Source: Paraspadella gotoi
Lineage: Eukaryota; Animalia; Chaetognatha
DNA: 64,000 nt
Reading direction: 5' to 3'
Assembly: GCA_051294375.1 (NCBI GenBank)
Contig: CM119265.1
Coordinates: 10,495,042-10,559,041 of the forward strand
Shown piece after piece: positions 60,901 to 64,000 of the stretch. The position numbers were made by a program, and so were the translations under genes. Under the pieces are notes generated by a model that saw only the letters and a list, made by a program, of their open reading frames with translations, was not told the origin of the DNA and made no database searches. Each line of letters begins with the position of its first letter. Positions within the stretch are counted from its first letter, which is position 1.

Positions 60901-61546
60901 CTGCATTAGCTAAATAAAATAACCATCGAGAGAGGAAAAGGCGTTTCCTTCCTCGTCATAGGCGAAGAGATCGAAAACTTCCGGGGCGTCCTCGAGGTAG
61001 AGATGGCGCGTAGTCGTCAAAATGGAGATCGAGTGGATGCGATTTACTACGCACAAAGAAAAAAAGTCACGTTTAATCGGCATACAATTGACACGATTAA
61101 CACACTTCCGAATTCTAGCGTCCAAATTTGTTCACACCGATTACGTCGCAGCGCAGGACAGCACCCGTGGTCTGTTCCCGCGCCATCACGATAGATGTCG
61201 CTTCCTGCGGCTGCGTGGAGACGGAAGTGACGAGCGCGTGCGACGAGCACGTCGTCGACTCTCCGTCTTGCGAGATTGCCTCCACTTTCGCCACGTCGGG
61301 ACGGGACGACTCCCTAGAGTATTTTGAAAACAGCGGTGGTGAGAAAGATCGAAAATAGTTCGGTATTTTAACTTACCATACGTAACACCCATCGGAAGCG
61401 GCGAGAGTAAAGTGAGTAAAAGGTTCGGTATGATACGGAAGTAAAACTTTGGGAACGTTTAATTTTGCCGAGGCGTCCGCGGTCAAGACGCACATCAACA
61501 AGAGGCAAGGAGTCAGCAATAGTTTAACGCGATTTGAATTTGTCAT
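51912..61546 (-). CDS. NUP210: Nuclear pore membrane glycoprotein 210 (multi-exon)
   Basis: Signal peptide followed by KLNVPKVLLP, TTTRHLYLEDAPEVF..DEEGNAFSSL, GGSGHYAWKSS, GGPQPES, a TM helix and an S/P-rich tail with LWS. Confidence 0.93.
53825..54262. mobile_element. Tc1/mariner-type MITE, copy 2 (shorter)
   Basis: TA|CACTGCAGCGCAAA ... TTTTGCGCCGCAGAG|TA. Shares AAAGCGT.CGAAAGTTATA.GA.GTCAAAA..CGATTGGTACAAAA with 10415-11306. Confidence 0.72.
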
Positions 61547-61893
61547 TTTTTTGGCATTTGATTATCGGACGCGGAAAATATGAATTCCGCCGACTAAAAC
61601 GGAGAAAAATGGATGAAAAATATAAATATAGCATGCAACCTCTACGATGTATAAAACAAAACAAAAATCGCGACTTCTTCGCGGTTGTTAGCGTGTATAA
61701 AAATAAGACCATATTATATATAAAGGTCCCACGAGAGAGAATTTTTGAACCCAGACACCAGGAAAGAGGTGGGAAAAAAAGAAAAATTGCCATAGAAATT
61801 TGAGGAAAAAAATATCAACGCAAAAAAAAAAATGAGAGTCAAATATAAATATGAAGTTTTTTTGTTTTTTGTTTTGCGATCGAGTGCAATTTT

Positions 61894-63654
61894 TTACTTC
61901 ATCGTCAAAAAAAGCAGCTTCCTGAGCGTGGAGACGACCTGCGGCGTCTGCTTTCGTCCGTCGGAGGCGGAATAAGAACAAATCCGGTTGTTCATCGCAG
62001 TGAGGACATAGTGAAAGTCTCTGTTGGCGCTGTGTTTCACCATCGCTTGAGAAAAAGAATGCAGGGTAGGTCGAGGTTAATGTTTTAACATTTCTGGACT
62101 ACAACCATCACCTTCCCACCTCACCTTCGCAAAGCGCGCAAACGTATGGCGTCCCGCAGACGACGTCTCTCAGCGCCACGTGACCCGGCTCGGCGGCGTA
62201 AGAGATGCAAAAGTCGGCGCCGGAAGGAACAGTGCACGTGGAGGCGCCGCCGCGTTCTATGGGCCGTCCACCGTCTGCCACCACGCCCAAGTCTAATTTA
62301 TCACCGCGACACGCTTGAAAAGATAAAAGTGTCGCGCCTTCAAAGTTACATCTCTTTTTATTGTTTAATACATAAAACTTTTAAAGACGAACCTTGAACG
62401 AAAAAAAGTTTTGGTTTTCCCGCGAGATTCTCGCTCTTGTCCGGACGAAAGAGCCCAAGCACGTCTTCCATGTCAACAGGGGCGCCGTCGGTGCCGTAGA
62501 CGACTCCCTCTCCGCCATGGCTGAGAATGCAGACGACTAGGGCGTCGTGTTCGTCGAGCACGTGGTGTCGACTCAGGTCGGAGAGGCGCTCGAGGATTTC
62601 CTTGCCCGTCAGATTGACGAACTCCTTCACTTCGAACCCGCACCGTTCCCACAACCATCTAGAATCGGGATGATTTTGTGTTTTAAACATTTTCTCATTT
62701 TCATTTTATTTTTAAAATATAATTTTCAAAATGATGATTTTATAATTAATAATTCATTAATTCACCGTAATCGTTCTGCGTCTTTTTTCGTCCCTTCTCG
62801 GTTGTCGAAGGATTTGCTGCCTTCGATCGAAGTGTCACGAGAAAAGTCCTGATTGTTTATCACTACTGCGAAACCTGTGAGTGGACCAAGACTTCAAGAT
62901 ACCAGTTGGAACGTTCCTCTAAGTAATTTAAACCCCTATGAACGAAATATTCGGCGCACCTAAAGGGTTCCTGTCCAAAGGGTAACAAGGAAGTTCGGAT
63001 CGCGAATCGTCTTGAACGCTGAGGGACCCGAAAGAACTGAAGAGGCCCAATTGAGGGGGAATGGAGGAAGAAGAATCCAAGGAAATAGTTTTGACCGAGA
63101 GGTCGGCGTCGCGCCGTCTCTTGGTCGACGGCAGCGTCGTCGGCGAGTGGCACCGTTTAGCAGCGCCATTCGGGCGCCACGGGTCGTGACTGGCGTTGGT
63201 TTTTTCAGCGTCGGTGGCAGCGACGAGAGATTCGCGAACATCTTCCAGCGCTTCGGCGGCGAGATTGAGTTGAGCATCTTTTAAAGCATCCAAGAGATAT
63301 TCCACAGTTCGGTCTCGTCGTTCGTATTTTTGATACCAGATCATGAGAAATTCAAAAGCCTGAATCGTTGAAGGAGCCATGGAAATAGGAACTAATCAAA
63401 TAAAGAATACGAAACAAGAAAGACATCGACACAACCTGATGGTCGACGTCGTCGGAGTTTTTGCGCCGAATCCGCTCGACGTCCGATGGTTGAACGAGAG
63501 CGAACTTGGGGTGTTGGGCCAACGTCTCCCAATGGCCGGAAAGGCGACGGGAGAGCGGGAAGAAAACCTCGTTGCGATTTTTCTCCGTCACCGGCATTGA
63601 TGAGGACCCGACAGATGCAAGCACCGGACGAGAGTCGGTAGTCACGTGACTCAT
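61894..63654 (-). CDS. Caspase with N-terminal death-fold prodomain (multi-exon)
   Basis: Prodomain (LSGHWETLA..QAFEFLMIW..LLDALKDAQL), VVINN, NREGT..D, ILSHG, KPKLFFVQ/ACRG and p10 ADFCISYA..KQTPQVVSTLRK. Confidence 0.9.
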
Positions 63655-64000
63655 TTCGTTGCCTTTATAATGATCTCGTGACCATAGGGGAGATTGACTT
63701 TTTGATATGAGCGAATCTGGAATGTTCGCTCAGCCGATCAGACCCTCCTTGTTCTCAAATCCAGAAAGCAAATAACAGGAATCATCTCAGCAGGGGTCAA
63801 TTTTTTTCCCACCCCGGAGTCATCCGGTGTCCGTCGGTCTATAACTCAACTAGCCAGTTTCTTTTTCTTTGTATTCTAATAAAATGTGGTCGAAAACAAA
63901 AAAAATTGTTCCATATTTATTATGAAAAATTTCTACAGACTAAATGATCACAATCGATGCGGAGAACATGGAATTAGTTTCTTTTTCTCTGTCTAAACGA

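Overview
Gene-dense, intron-containing eukaryotic (animal-like) DNA with short introns. Fourteen protein-coding genes lie head-to-tail on the minus strand, many only 135-400 nt apart with unpaired splice acceptors before the ATG, which suggests operons with trans-splicing. From right to left: death-domain caspase, NUP210, TK2/dNK, RFX, ANKRD26-like, SF3B5, URM1, TTC28, ankyrin-DHHC palmitoyltransferase, COG6, an intronless CYP2-clan P450, two tandem CCA-adding enzyme paralogs and NOL6 (partial). The large introns of COG6 and TTC28 hold nested non-autonomous transposons: Tc1-like, Helentron-associated, solo LTRs, a DIRS-like element and a Penelope-type hammerhead palindrome. The highlight is a 653-bp miniature LTR retroelement (12179-12831) whose LTRs each carry a tRNA-like Pol III promoter directly followed by a type-P5 twister ribozyme. 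A diverged solo LTR at 25786-26040 has the same architecture with compensatory base changes, and a possible third family (19393-19588) has an HDV-like ribozyme instead. All RNA structures were read by eye and need computational and biochemical confirmation.
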